Source: Bacteroidota bacterium (lineage in GTDB: Bacteria > Bacteroidota > Bacteroidia > 2-12-FULL-35-15). From it: a stretch of DNA of 64,000 nucleotides. A program made the position numbers and the translations under genes. The stretch's first letter is position 1. Every line of letters begins with the position of its first letter. The notes beneath the pieces are model-generated. The model did no database searches, was not told the DNA's origin, and saw nothing but the letters and a program-made list of their open reading frames with translations. This document shows, piece after piece, positions 50,537-59,768 of this stretch. The DNA lies in NCBI GenBank assembly GCA_025963715.1, contig JAOQAG010000048.1:5553-69552 (forward strand). Reading direction: 5' to 3'.

Positions 50537-51523
50537 ATGAAAAAAATAACAATCATATTAGGGCTTATCAGTGTAGTTACTGTCAAGTCGTATGCACAAA
50601 AATCCCTTGGCGGATCTTCTGATTCTCCGGTAACGGTAACGATGACGGATGAAAATACAAATCCCGATTATATTGAAGGACACATTCCTTTTTTAGAGCT
50701 GGATTTTGCGAAGTCGAATTCTACACTGTTTGCCGATTTCGGAGGTAAATTAAAGATCAAACGCTTTTATGCGGATCTTGATTTTCATGTGAGCTATGCA
50801 AACGGTTTGGATGAATTTTATTACACAGAGCCCATCATTACTGCTAATTCGGTGTATGCTTACAAAGCGTCGAAGGATTTCAGGGCGATGCTGGGTTTTG
50901 TACTGGTTCAAAAAGAAGTAGCAACAACGGTTAAGTTCCATTTAAAATCGGTTGGACAAACCTCGTATGTTACAAAGGTGCCGACTAAAAAAACATTTTT
51001 TGTAATGGCGGACCTGGGTTTCAGAAAAGGATTTACATGGGTATATGGCGGTGGAAAAGACCTTACGTTTACAAATGTGAATTCGCCGGAAGGCTTTACA
51101 CCACCGGATCCTACCGTTACCCGTACCATGATGGATTATACAATGCTACAGGTTGGCGTTTCTACAGGATCGCTTGGTTTTTACAAAGCAAACATCAGCG
51201 GATACGGCGATCGCAGAGCGGAACAATCGGTGCGTTATTATCTTGACATGTTGGTTTTATTGGGTTCAAAGATTGATGATGTGTATCAGAAAAACGATTT
51301 GGGCGGCAACCTGGACAATACGCTTTATACGCGTTACGGACTGAATGACAGCAAGCGCTCGAAAGTTGGTTTTTGCCTGGGCGCTCAGTTGGATAACATT
51401 AGCCGGTTTGGAATTGCAGGCGGAGTGGAAACAGGATATATCCCGGGAATAAAAGGAAATTTTGGAAGTAACTTCTGCTTCTCAATCAAAAGCTCTTTAT
51501 CCTTAGCGAAAATATTGAATTAG
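50537..51523 (+). CDS. Hypothetical outer-membrane protein
   Basis: Signal peptide 'VKSYAQ', beta-strand-rich. Confidence 0.45.
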   Translation: MKKITIILGLISVVTVKSYAQKSLGGSSDSPVTVTMTDENTNPDYIEGHIPFLELDFAKSNSTLFADFGGKLKIKRFYADLDFHVSYANGLDEFYYTEPIITANSVYAYKASKDFRAMLGFVLVQKEVATTVKFHLKSVGQTSYVTKVPTKKTFFVMADLGFRKGFTWVYGGGKDLTFTNVNSPEGFTPPDPTVTRTMMDYTMLQVGVSTGSLGFYKANISGYGDRRAEQSVRYYLDMLVLLGSKIDDVYQKNDLGGNLDNTLYTRYGLNDSKRSKVGFCLGAQLDNISRFGIAGGVETGYIPGIKGNFGSNFCFSIKSSLSLAKILN

Positions 51524-51631
51524 TAAATCATTATTGGCATAGGATTTTTAACATTATTGCATACAAATGACGATTTTTTTGTACATTTGTATTAGAATTT
51601 TGATTAGCAGAAATGCAGATCAACAAATTAA

Positions 51632-52233
51632 ATTGGCTTTACAACTTCGATAGCAATTGCAGCTTTCCTACTTGTTTAAGCCAATTTTTTATTTTGTCCC
51701 TGTCAACATATCCGATCTCATTTATTGAAAGTGCTATTTTCAATAAATCTTCTAATTGATTATGAGAACGGGTATGAATAGTTACAATTACGTTTGACTT
51801 TGTACGGCCAACCTGGGCATCAGTTCGGAACTATTACGGTTTCTCTTTTTGCATCTTTTATTTCAGTAAAAAGTACTTTTGAATTAGGTTGGGTAATACT
51901 TTCAATAATAATAACAGGATTTTGAACCGCAAAAGGCAAAGTCGTTAAATGTGCGCATTTTACCTCATGAGCAGCATCTTGTTTGTGCTTTATGTTACCG
52001 ATAGCTTTATTTACGACTACTTGTGTAAGGATAATAGGTAAATCAGGAATCCCGGCATCTAGTAATTTTTGAGAAGGCTTACCAATATAAAATATCTGCG
52101 ACCTGTTTGCAAATACAAATCCATTGGTTTCAAATTCTTTTAGTTCCCTGAGAAATTTATCTTCAATACTTTCAACAATTTCTATCTTTTTTTGATTTTC
52201 TGTTTTTCCTTTTTCAGGCTCCCGCTCTTCCAC
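51632..52233 (-). pseudogene. Hypothetical gene apparently split by a frameshift at about 51820
   Basis: The 137-aa ORF 51820-52233 ends at TGA. A 64-aa open frame 'AQVGRTKSNVIVTIHTRSHNQLEDLLKIALSINEIGYVDRDKIKNWLKQVGKLQLLSKL' continues directly downstream in the -1 frame. Confidence 0.4.
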
Positions 52234-52300
52234 ATCAATTAATTTGCATAATTATAATGATGTTTACTCACATGACAATACTATTTATAAATTAATTTTT

Positions 52301-52320
52301 AAACTGAACATATTCAGTTT
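52301..52320. promoter_or_regulatory. Perfect 20-bp palindrome 'aaactgaacatattcagttt' in a divergent promoter region
   Basis: It lies between the minus-strand gene start (52233) and the plus-strand sigma-54 activator start (52471). Confidence 0.4.
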
Positions 52321-52470
52321 GTTCAATGCAGATAAAAAAATATTTAATTACACAATGTAATGTTTTTGGATCTTAGGATCTTAAACATAGATTTACGTAA
52401 TTAAGATCATTCGGAGCTTTTTTTATGTAAATTCGTTTTGATAAAATAACCAATTATTTTTTTAAAACAG

Positions 52471-53637
52471 ATGGCAAAGATCTTAATCATTGACGACGAA
52501 AAAAGTATCCGTAAAACATTGCGTGAGATTTTGGAATATGAAAAATACCAGGTGGATGAAGCGGCAGATGGAGTGGAAGGACTTGCGCTGATCCAAAAGG
52601 AAAAATACGACATTGTACTTTGCGATATTAAAATGCCGAAGATGGATGGCATTGAGGTGCTGGATAAGATCATGCAGCTTTCGGCAGATCTTCCGGTGGT
52701 GATGGTATCCGGGCACGGGAATATAGAAACAGCTGTGGAAGCAGTAAAAAAAGGCGCGTTTGATTTTATTGCAAAACCGCTGGATCTGAACCGCCTGTTG
52801 GTTACGATCCGCAATGCAATGGATAAATCCACACTGGTGACGGAAACAAAGGTGCTGAAGAAAAAAGTGAGCAAAACATTTGACATGGTGGGCGAATCAA
52901 AAGCCATCATGCAGATCCAGGAAATGATAGAGCGTGTGGCGCCAACGGATGCACGGGTGCTGATCACAGGAGGGAATGGCAGCGGGAAAGAGCTGGTGGC
53001 ACGCTGGCTGCATGAAAAAAGTAACCGTGCGGCTGCGCCGTTGATCGAGGTAAATTGTGCTGCGATCCCGAGCGAGCTGATCGAAAGTGAATTATTCGGG
53101 CACGAGAAAGGCGCGTTTACATCGGCGATCAACCAACGTAAAGGAAAATTTGAGCAGGCAGAAGGCGGAACGCTTTTTATGGATGAGATCGGCGACATGA
53201 GCTTATCTGCGCAAGCAAAAGTATTGCGTGCCCTGCAGGAAAATAAAATTACACGGGTTGGCGGCGAAAAAGAAATAAAAGTAAATGTACGTGTGGTTGC
53301 TGCTACCAATAAAGATCTGCAAAAAGAAATTGCAGCTGGAAATTTCCGGGAGGATCTGTATCATCGCCTGAGCGTGATCCTGATCCATGTGCCATCGCTG
53401 AACGAGCGCAAGGAAGATATTCCGCTGCTGGCCGAACATTTTCTGAAAATGATCTGCGAGGATCATGGCATGCCGGCAAAAACATTTTCGAAGGATGCGA
53501 TTAAAGAATTGCAAAAAATAAACTGGACCGGAAATATCCGTGAGTTCAGGAATGTGGTGGAACGGCTGATCATCCTGTGTGATAAAACGATCACGGATAA
53601 AGATGTGATCGCGTATGCACGGCCGCTGAAGAATTAA
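52471..53637 (+). CDS. Sigma-54-dependent response regulator (REC + AAA+ sigma-54 activator) lacking a C-terminal HTH
   Basis: REC with 'IIDDE...D' phospho-acceptor 'LCDIKMPKMDG'. Walker A 'GGNGSGKE', 'GAFTSA' (variant of GAFTGA), 'LFMDEIGDM', R-finger 'REDLYHRL'. Ends about 20 aa after the AAA+ domain. Confidence 0.85.
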   Translation: MAKILIIDDEKSIRKTLREILEYEKYQVDEAADGVEGLALIQKEKYDIVLCDIKMPKMDGIEVLDKIMQLSADLPVVMVSGHGNIETAVEAVKKGAFDFIAKPLDLNRLLVTIRNAMDKSTLVTETKVLKKKVSKTFDMVGESKAIMQIQEMIERVAPTDARVLITGGNGSGKELVARWLHEKSNRAAAPLIEVNCAAIPSELIESELFGHEKGAFTSAINQRKGKFEQAEGGTLFMDEIGDMSLSAQAKVLRALQENKITRVGGEKEIKVNVRVVAATNKDLQKEIAAGNFREDLYHRLSVILIHVPSLNERKEDIPLLAEHFLKMICEDHGMPAKTFSKDAIKELQKINWTGNIREFRNVVERLIILCDKTITDKDVIAYARPLKN

Positions 53638-53658
53638 CACAGAGGGCACAGAAAAAGA

Positions 53659-53692
53659 AGAGCTTCACAGGAATTGTGAAGCTTTTTTATTT
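53659..53692 (+). terminator. Rho-independent terminator
   Basis: 'agcttcaca ggaat tgtgaagc' followed by 'ttttttattt'. Confidence 0.75.
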
Positions 53693-53758
53693 AATGGACA
53701 ATGATTATCGGAAAGTTTATACCAGGCTATTTTATTTTATTGAAAAAAAATTTGATCA

Positions 53759-53856
53759 ACGCGTCATTGCGAGGGCTTTTCGCCCGAAGCAATCTCACAC
53801 CAGCGTATAAAGCCAGAATGAGATTGCTTCGGGCGAAAAGCCCTCGCAATGACGTT
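53759..53856. repeat. Near-perfect 38-bp-arm palindrome 'acgcgtcattgcgagggcttttcgcccgaagcaatctca ... tgagattgcttcgggcgaaaagccctcgcaatgacgt'
   Basis: The arms are exact reverse complements with a ~22-nt loop, and each arm contains a nested 'gggcttttcgccc' hairpin. Confidence 0.85.
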
Positions 53857-54000
53857 CTTAAAGTAAATTGTTTTATGGTACAAAGTTCCGGATACTTATT
53901 TAATGGATGTTCCCAACTGCTTGCGTATGCCTGCCTGATGAAAAGCTGATACAATATTTTTGCTGATCCTTCGTTCTTCATTGTCTAAAAAAAAACTACG

Positions 54001-54675
54001 ATGAAGCTATCCACTACTTTCGTTTGCGCAATTACGTTACTGTTCACGTTCAATGCCTGTAAAAGGGATAAGGATGAAACGCCTGTCCCTGCTGCTACAA
54101 CAGCTACATACGATAATTATTCAAACCTTAAGGTCGGGAATTACTGGATCTACCAAACGTACAACCTGGATACGATTGGAAATGTTGTTGGAATTGGTGA
54201 GATAGATAGCTGTTATGTGGAAAAAGATTCAATATTTAACGGACACACATTTCAGAAAATTGTGGATGTAACCTTCACTGGAACATCGACCCCTCCTGCT
54301 TCTTATTTTTATTTGCTGCGCGATTCACTTTCATATACGGTGGATGCCCTGGGGAAAGTAGTTTTTTCTTCTACTGATTTCAGCAGCTCGTTCAACCATT
54401 ATTTTTCTATGACCGTACCACTGGATACTTTTGCAGAAATACACAGTAATATGTTACCGGGCATGGAATCGAAAGTGGTACCTGCGGGATTTTTTAATAC
54501 GCTGGATTTTAGAACAACGTACGATATGTATCCTCATTATTCTTATGGTACAGGAATCCGGTATGCGTATTCGTGGTATGCTAAAAATATAGGTTTGGTA
54601 GCCAGGAGGGATCCTGCAGCTTATCAAATCACTGCATCGAATGAAAAGCGACTGATCCGTTATCACCTGAATTAA
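54001..54675 (+). CDS. Hypothetical lipoprotein
   Basis: 'LLFTFNACKRD' lipobox. Confidence 0.5.
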   Translation: MKLSTTFVCAITLLFTFNACKRDKDETPVPAATTATYDNYSNLKVGNYWIYQTYNLDTIGNVVGIGEIDSCYVEKDSIFNGHTFQKIVDVTFTGTSTPPASYFYLLRDSLSYTVDALGKVVFSSTDFSSSFNHYFSMTVPLDTFAEIHSNMLPGMESKVVPAGFFNTLDFRTTYDMYPHYSYGTGIRYAYSWYAKNIGLVARRDPAAYQITASNEKRLIRYHLN

Positions 54676-54712
54676 CACAGGGTGCGCGGAGAAAAAAGAG
54701 TTTCACAGGGAA

Positions 54713-54748
54713 AAAAGAGCTTTACGTTTCATCGTAAAGCTCTTTTTT
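54713..54748 (+). terminator. Rho-independent terminator
   Basis: 'aagagctttacg tttcat cgtaaagctctt' followed by a T6 run. Confidence 0.75.
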
Positions 54749-54769
54749 ATGAATAATTTTTTGTGCTGC

Positions 54770-55519
54770 TTACAATGTATTGTTGAGCAGTTTACCGCTC
54801 CCGATCAATTGCTGCAAATGGGGTTCGTACACTACTTCTTTCATCAGGTTAATGTGCCCCATGTGATGACAATCAGTGCCAAGGAAAGAGATCATGTTTT
54901 GTTCGATCATTTTTTCTGCCACTTTTTTTGTAGGCATGGAATAATAACCGGTAAGTGAATTGATGTTCATTTGCAGGAGCACGCCTTTATCAATAAAATC
55001 CTGGTATTTTTCAAATTCCATGTGCCAGAAATTGTACCGCTCCGGGTGCGCCAATACGGGGATGTAGCCCTGCAGCTGCATTTTAAAAATAACGTGGTAT
55101 AAATTATCAGGTGGATTTAAATAGGACACTTCAAACAATACATATTTTTTTTCGCCGAAGGTCAGTAATTTTTCATTTTCTATCTTACGTTCAAAATCAA
55201 AATCTACATAATATTCAGCAGCAGCGGATAGATCCAGGTTATTGTTGCTCTCTTTCAACGCAGCTTTTATGGGTTCCAGTCCTCCTAAAATAGTTTCGGG
55301 TGTGTTGCGGTAACCGTCGCTCATGATGTGCGGCGTGGTAATAATTTTTGAATAACCCATTGCCTGTAGCTCAGCAATCATACTAAGGCTGTCGTCCAGT
55401 CCTTTTGATCCATCATCCACATTGGGAACCAAATGAGAATGCACATCGCATTTTAATACCGATAGATCTACCGGAGTTTGAAGGCGTTTGTTTCTTTTGA
55501 AAATATCAAAAATTCCCAT
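54770..55519 (-). CDS. PHP-family tyrosine-protein phosphatase (CpsB/CapC-type)
   Basis: 'DVHSHLVPNVDDGSK', 'TPHI' His motifs of the PHP domain, 249 aa. Confidence 0.8.
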   Translation of the reverse strand: MGIFDIFKRNKRLQTPVDLSVLKCDVHSHLVPNVDDGSKGLDDSLSMIAELQAMGYSKIITTPHIMSDGYRNTPETILGGLEPIKAALKESNNNLDLSAAAEYYVDFDFERKIENEKLLTFGEKKYVLFEVSYLNPPDNLYHVIFKMQLQGYIPVLAHPERYNFWHMEFEKYQDFIDKGVLLQMNINSLTGYYSMPTKKVAEKMIEQNMISFLGTDCHHMGHINLMKEVVYEPHLQQLIGSGKLLNNTL

Positions 55520-55560
55520 TGTTTGTTTTTATTGGAGTAGTGAGTAAAAAAAGAATCAAG

Positions 55561-55693
55561 ATGCAAGAATCAAGACTTTGCGTGTATGCTGTGTTTGTTA
55601 TTGTTAGAATCAAGATGCAAGAATCAAGATGCTGTGTACATGCTGTGTTTAACACACCCCTGGCCCCTCTCAAGAGGGGAATTGATCCTGCTA
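55561..55693. repeat. Two ~50-bp tandem units 'agaatcaagatgcaagaatcaaga...gctgtgtttgtt' followed by the 'acacacccctggcccctctcaagaggggaattgatcctgcta' hairpin module
   Basis: Direct repetition is visible at 55561-55609 and 55613-55655. The hairpin is 'cccctctcaagagggg'. Confidence 0.75.
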
Positions 55694-55775
55694 ATGTTTA
55701 AATTCTAGTCCTTATTTGTAATTTTTTTAACAAGCACAGCAGACTTTAAACTGTTGATCCCGATAGCTATCGGAA

Positions 55776-56771
55776 TTAAACTTTGAACTTCCCTCTATTA
55801 AACCATTCGAGTGTATATTTTAATCCTTCCTCGATTTTTATTGCCGGGGCATATCCCAACATATTTTTTGCTTTGGAAATATCTGCGAGTGAATCGCGGA
55901 TATCGCCTGCACGCTCAGCGCGATAGGTTGGATTTACTGCTGATCCGGTCAGATCTTTTAACGTATTGATCAATTTGTTCAATGAAATGCGATCACCGAC
56001 AGCGATGTTAAAAATATCGCCCTGCGTATTTGCAATTGGTGTAAGCATTGCTTTAACATTGGCTTGTACGGCATTGGCAACAAAAGTAAAATCGCGTGTT
56101 TGTTCGCCGTCGCCGTTAATTGCCGGTGCCTGGTCATTTAACAATGCGTTTATGAATAACGGGATCGCGGCAGCGTATTCGCCTTTCGGATTTTGTCGCG
56201 GCCCGAAAATATTAAAATAACGCAAGCCTACAATTTCCATGTTGTAAGTTTTGGCGAAAATTTCGCCGTACAGTTCATTCGTCATTTTTGAAACGGCATA
56301 GGGCGAAAGCAAGCGTCCCACCTGGTGTTCCACTTTCGGAAGAATAGGACTATCGCCGTAAACGGAAGATGAGCTGGCATACACTACACGTTTTACTTTT
56401 GCATCGCGTGCAGCGATAAGCATGTTTACAAAACCGGTTGCATTTACATTGTGTGTGGCAATCGGATTTAAAATAGAGCGGGGCACAGAACCCAATGCTG
56501 CCTGGTGAAACACATAATCCACACCGGCGCATGCTTTGCTGCAATCATCCGGGTTACAAATGTCGCCTTTGATGAATTGAAAATTTGGTAATGACAAAAA
56601 AGGCTGAATGTTATCTTCAAAGCCGGTGGAAAGATTATCGAGCACCACTACTTTTCCGGCTTTGTATTTAAACAGATATTCCACAATGTTGGAGCCGATA
56701 AAACCGGCACCACCCGTTACTAAAAACGTTTTGCCGGTAAGGTCTGCTGTATGAAATGGAGTAGTATACAT
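55776..56771 (-). CDS. NAD-dependent nucleotide-sugar 4-epimerase (WbpP/TviC/CapI-like)
   Basis: 'GGAGFIGSN' Rossmann motif, the catalytic 'YAVSK' YxxxK motif, 331 aa. Confidence 0.75.
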   Translation of the reverse strand: MYTTPFHTADLTGKTFLVTGGAGFIGSNIVEYLFKYKAGKVVVLDNLSTGFEDNIQPFLSLPNFQFIKGDICNPDDCSKACAGVDYVFHQAALGSVPRSILNPIATHNVNATGFVNMLIAARDAKVKRVVYASSSSVYGDSPILPKVEHQVGRLLSPYAVSKMTNELYGEIFAKTYNMEIVGLRYFNIFGPRQNPKGEYAAAIPLFINALLNDQAPAINGDGEQTRDFTFVANAVQANVKAMLTPIANTQGDIFNIAVGDRISLNKLINTLKDLTGSAVNPTYRAERAGDIRDSLADISKAKNMLGYAPAIKIEEGLKYTLEWFNRGKFKV

Positions 56772-56786
56772 GTCCGTTAAATTGAA

Positions 56787-57836
56787 TTATCGTTTGGTGT
56801 ATTGTTGTTCGTAATACTTTTTATAATCACCGGAAGTTACATTGTTCAGCCATTCTTCATTCTGAAGATACCATTCCACTGTTTTTTCCAATCCTTCTTC
56901 AAACTGCAATGATGGAGTCCAGCCCAATTCTTTTTGCAGTTTTGTAGAATCGATCGCGTAACGCAAATCGTGTCCGGCACGGTCTTTCACAAATGTGATG
57001 AGTTTTGCGGATTCTCCTTGTGCACGGTTTAATTTCTTGTCCATTATTTTACATAACAACCGGATCAGGTCGATGTTGGTCCATTCATTATGCCCGCCGA
57101 TGTTATACGTTGTTCCGGTTTTTGCGTTGTGAAAGATCACATCGATGGCGCGTGCATGATCTTCTACAAACAGCCAATCGCGAACGTTTTCGCCTTTTCC
57201 GTAGATCGGGATGGATTTATTGTTCTTGATATTGTAAATAGAAAGCGGAATTAATTTTTCCGGAAAATGGTAACTGCCGTAATTATTGGAGCAGTTGGAG
57301 ATCACTACATCCATGCCGTATGTATCGTGGTAGGCTCTTACAAAATGGTCGGAGCTGGCTTTTGATGCGGAGTAGGGACTGTGCGGATCGTATGCGGTTG
57401 TTTCGGTAAACATGCCGGTTTCGCCTAATGTTCCATATACTTCATCTGTGGAAACGTGGTAAAAACGGTTGTTTGGAGCAGCAGTCCAATTTGCTTTTGC
57501 TGCATTTAATAAATTCACGGTACCGATCACGTTGGTCATTACAAATTCCAATGGATTGGAAATGCTTCTGTCTACGTGGCTTTCGGCGGCAAGGTGAATG
57601 ACTGCATCAAATTTATGCGTGGCAAATAAATCGCTGATAAATGCTGCATCCACAATATCGCCTTTTACAAATGTGTAATTGGATTTGTTTTCGATGTCTT
57701 TTAAATTCGCAAGATTGCCTGCGTAGGTTAGCTTATCCAGGTTTACGACCTGGTAATCCGGGTATTTATTTACAAATAACCGTACTACGTGTGATCCGAT
57801 GAATCCGGCGCCGCCGGTGATTAAAATCTTTTTCAT
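56787..57836 (-). CDS. rfbB: dTDP-glucose 4,6-dehydratase
   Basis: 'MKKILITGGAGFIGSHVV', 'HVSTDEVYG', 'YSASKASSDHFVRAY', 349 aa. Confidence 0.85.
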   Translation of the reverse strand: MKKILITGGAGFIGSHVVRLFVNKYPDYQVVNLDKLTYAGNLANLKDIENKSNYTFVKGDIVDAAFISDLFATHKFDAVIHLAAESHVDRSISNPLEFVMTNVIGTVNLLNAAKANWTAAPNNRFYHVSTDEVYGTLGETGMFTETTAYDPHSPYSASKASSDHFVRAYHDTYGMDVVISNCSNNYGSYHFPEKLIPLSIYNIKNNKSIPIYGKGENVRDWLFVEDHARAIDVIFHNAKTGTTYNIGGHNEWTNIDLIRLLCKIMDKKLNRAQGESAKLITFVKDRAGHDLRYAIDSTKLQKELGWTPSLQFEEGLEKTVEWYLQNEEWLNNVTSGDYKKYYEQQYTKR

Positions 57837-57870
57837 TAATGTATCTGCTAAATACTAATTATTACTAATA

Positions 57871-58170
57871 TACTAATCTGTGTTGTCTACTAAATACGAA
57901 TTATTACTAATGTACCAATCTGTGTGTAACACACCCCTGGCCCCTCTCAAGAGGGGAATTGATCCTGCTATACTAATCTGTGTTGTCTACTAAATACGAA
58001 TTACTACTAATGTACCAATCTGTGTGTAACACACCCCTAGCCCCTCTCAAGAGGGGAATTGATCCTGCTATACTAATCTGTGTTGTCTACTAAATACGAA
58101 TTATTACTAATGTACCAATCTGTGTGTAACACACCCCTAGCCCCTCTCAAGAGGGGAATTGATCCTGCTA
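57871..58170. repeat. Tandem array: 3 copies of a 100-bp unit ('tactaatctgtgttgtctactaaatacgaatta.tactaatgtaccaatctgtgtgtaacacacccct.gcccctctcaagaggggaattgatcctgcta')
   Basis: Units start at 57871, 57971 and 58071 with 1-2 substitutions per copy. Each ends in the 'cccctctcaagagggg' hairpin. Confidence 0.9.
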
Positions 58171-58254
58171 ATGTTTAAATTTTAGTGCTTATTATAATTT
58201 CTTTTTTAACAAACACAGCAAACTTTGAACTTTAAACTTTTGAACTTTGAACTA

Positions 58255-59544
58255 TTACAGGCTCCAGTAATTCAAATTTTTAATTTTCCCTTTTAAAATT
58301 CCTTTAATGTCTACTAAAATTCCACCTTCCGAAAGGATGGAGGTATAATATTTTTCATCCAGTGTTAAATAATCTTTGTGATTTACGGCAACCACCACCG
58401 CATCGTAACCTTTGCCAACGCTGGCTGCCAGCCCGAAACCGTATTCGTGATTTAATTCTGCTGAATCTGCATACGGATCAACAATATCCACATGTACGCC
58501 GAATGATTTAAATTCCTTGATCACATCCGCTACTTTTGAATTACGGATATCGCTTACATTTTCTTTGAAAGTGGCACCCATCACCAATACACGTGATTCG
58601 GAAATATTTTTCTTAGCTGCAATTATTTTTTTAACGGTTTGTTTCGCTACGTAAAATCCCATAGAGTCGTTTACGTAACGGCCCGAATTGATCACGCGTG
58701 CATGATATCCCAGCTCTTCCGCTTTATACGTTAAATAATACGGGTCTACGCCGATGCAATGGCCGCCTACCAAACCCGGCGAGAATTTAAGAAAATTCCA
58801 TTTTGTTCCTGCAGCTTCCAGTACATCATAGGTGTTGATACCGATGCGGCTGAAAATAATGGAAAGCTCGTTCATCAATGCAATGTTAACATCGCGCTGT
58901 GTGTTCTCAATAATTTTCGCAGCTTCTGCAACTTTGATGGATGCAGCTTTGTACACGCCGGGCTCTACAATTATTTTATAGGTTTCTGCAATTACTTCCA
59001 GTGATTCTTCATCGCAGCCGGAAACAACTTTTAAGATCTTTGTGATCGTATGTTCTTTATCGCCCGGGTTGATGCGCTCCGGCGAATAACCAACTTTAAA
59101 ATCGGTTTTGAATTTTAATCCCGACATTTCTTCTAACACCGGGATACAATCTTCTTCGGTACAACCGGGATACACGGTGGATTCATATACCACGTAATCG
59201 CCTTTTTTCAAAGCTTTACCTACGGAGCGGGATGCGCCCAGCAGCGGTTTCAGATCCGGTAAATTGTGTTCGTCAATAGGAGTTGGAACAGCTACAATAA
59301 AAAAATTGGCTTGTCGCAACACCTCAATGGAAGCGGTAAATTCAATGTCGCAATTCTCAAAATCGGTTGCTTCCAGCTCCTGTGAAGGATCAACGTGATT
59401 CTGCATCATTTTTACACGTTCTTCATTAATGTCGAAGCCGATCACTTTTACTTTTTTCGCAAAAGCCAAAGCAATTGGTAATCCAACGTAACCAAGTCCG
59501 ATGACTGCAATTTTCGCTTCTTTGTTTTTTATTTTATCAATCAT
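58255..59544 (-). CDS. Nucleotide-sugar dehydrogenase (UDP-N-acetyl-D-glucosamine/mannosamine 6-dehydrogenase, WbpA/TviB/WecC-like)
   Basis: 'KIAVIGLGYVGLPIA' at an internal Met (start taken at about 59544), central 'GGHCIG' catalytic Cys region. Confidence 0.8.
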   Translation of the reverse strand: MIDKIKNKEAKIAVIGLGYVGLPIALAFAKKVKVIGFDINEERVKMMQNHVDPSQELEATDFENCDIEFTASIEVLRQANFFIVAVPTPIDEHNLPDLKPLLGASRSVGKALKKGDYVVYESTVYPGCTEEDCIPVLEEMSGLKFKTDFKVGYSPERINPGDKEHTITKILKVVSGCDEESLEVIAETYKIIVEPGVYKAASIKVAEAAKIIENTQRDVNIALMNELSIIFSRIGINTYDVLEAAGTKWNFLKFSPGLVGGHCIGVDPYYLTYKAEELGYHARVINSGRYVNDSMGFYVAKQTVKKIIAAKKNISESRVLVMGATFKENVSDIRNSKVADVIKEFKSFGVHVDIVDPYADSAELNHEYGFGLAASVGKGYDAVVVAVNHKDYLTLDEKYYTSILSEGGILVDIKGILKGKIKNLNYWSL

Positions 59545-59768
59545 AAAGGAGATGTTAGATGTTAGACATGAGATGTTAGATTTGATACTGAACATCTCAG
59601 GATCTTATTCTTTATTTATAATTTTATTTTTGTTTTAAATTTTCTATTCCCGTTATAATAATCAATCAGCATCATTTTCAAATTTTCAAATCAGCACATT
59701 TTCAAATTGCTTTTCATCTGCACATCAGTAATCAATCTTCACCATTTTCAAATTGATTAATTTTCAAA

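Larger units (their letters stand above)
51530..52470. other. Low-GC (~28-30%) islet
   Basis: Marked compositional drop relative to the flanks. It holds one disrupted gene and palindromic sites. Confidence 0.6.

Noticed and set aside
55519-55701. 60-aa ORF 'MFVFIGVVSKKRIKMQESRLCVYAVF...'
   Set aside because: It lies within the tandem 'gaatcaagatgcaagaatcaag' repeat and hairpin module. The protein repeats mirror the DNA repeats.
57871-58170. Possible CRISPR array (regularly spaced repeats)
   Set aside because: The units are contiguous 100-bp tandem copies with no unique spacers, and there are no cas genes, so this is a tandem repeat rather than CRISPR.
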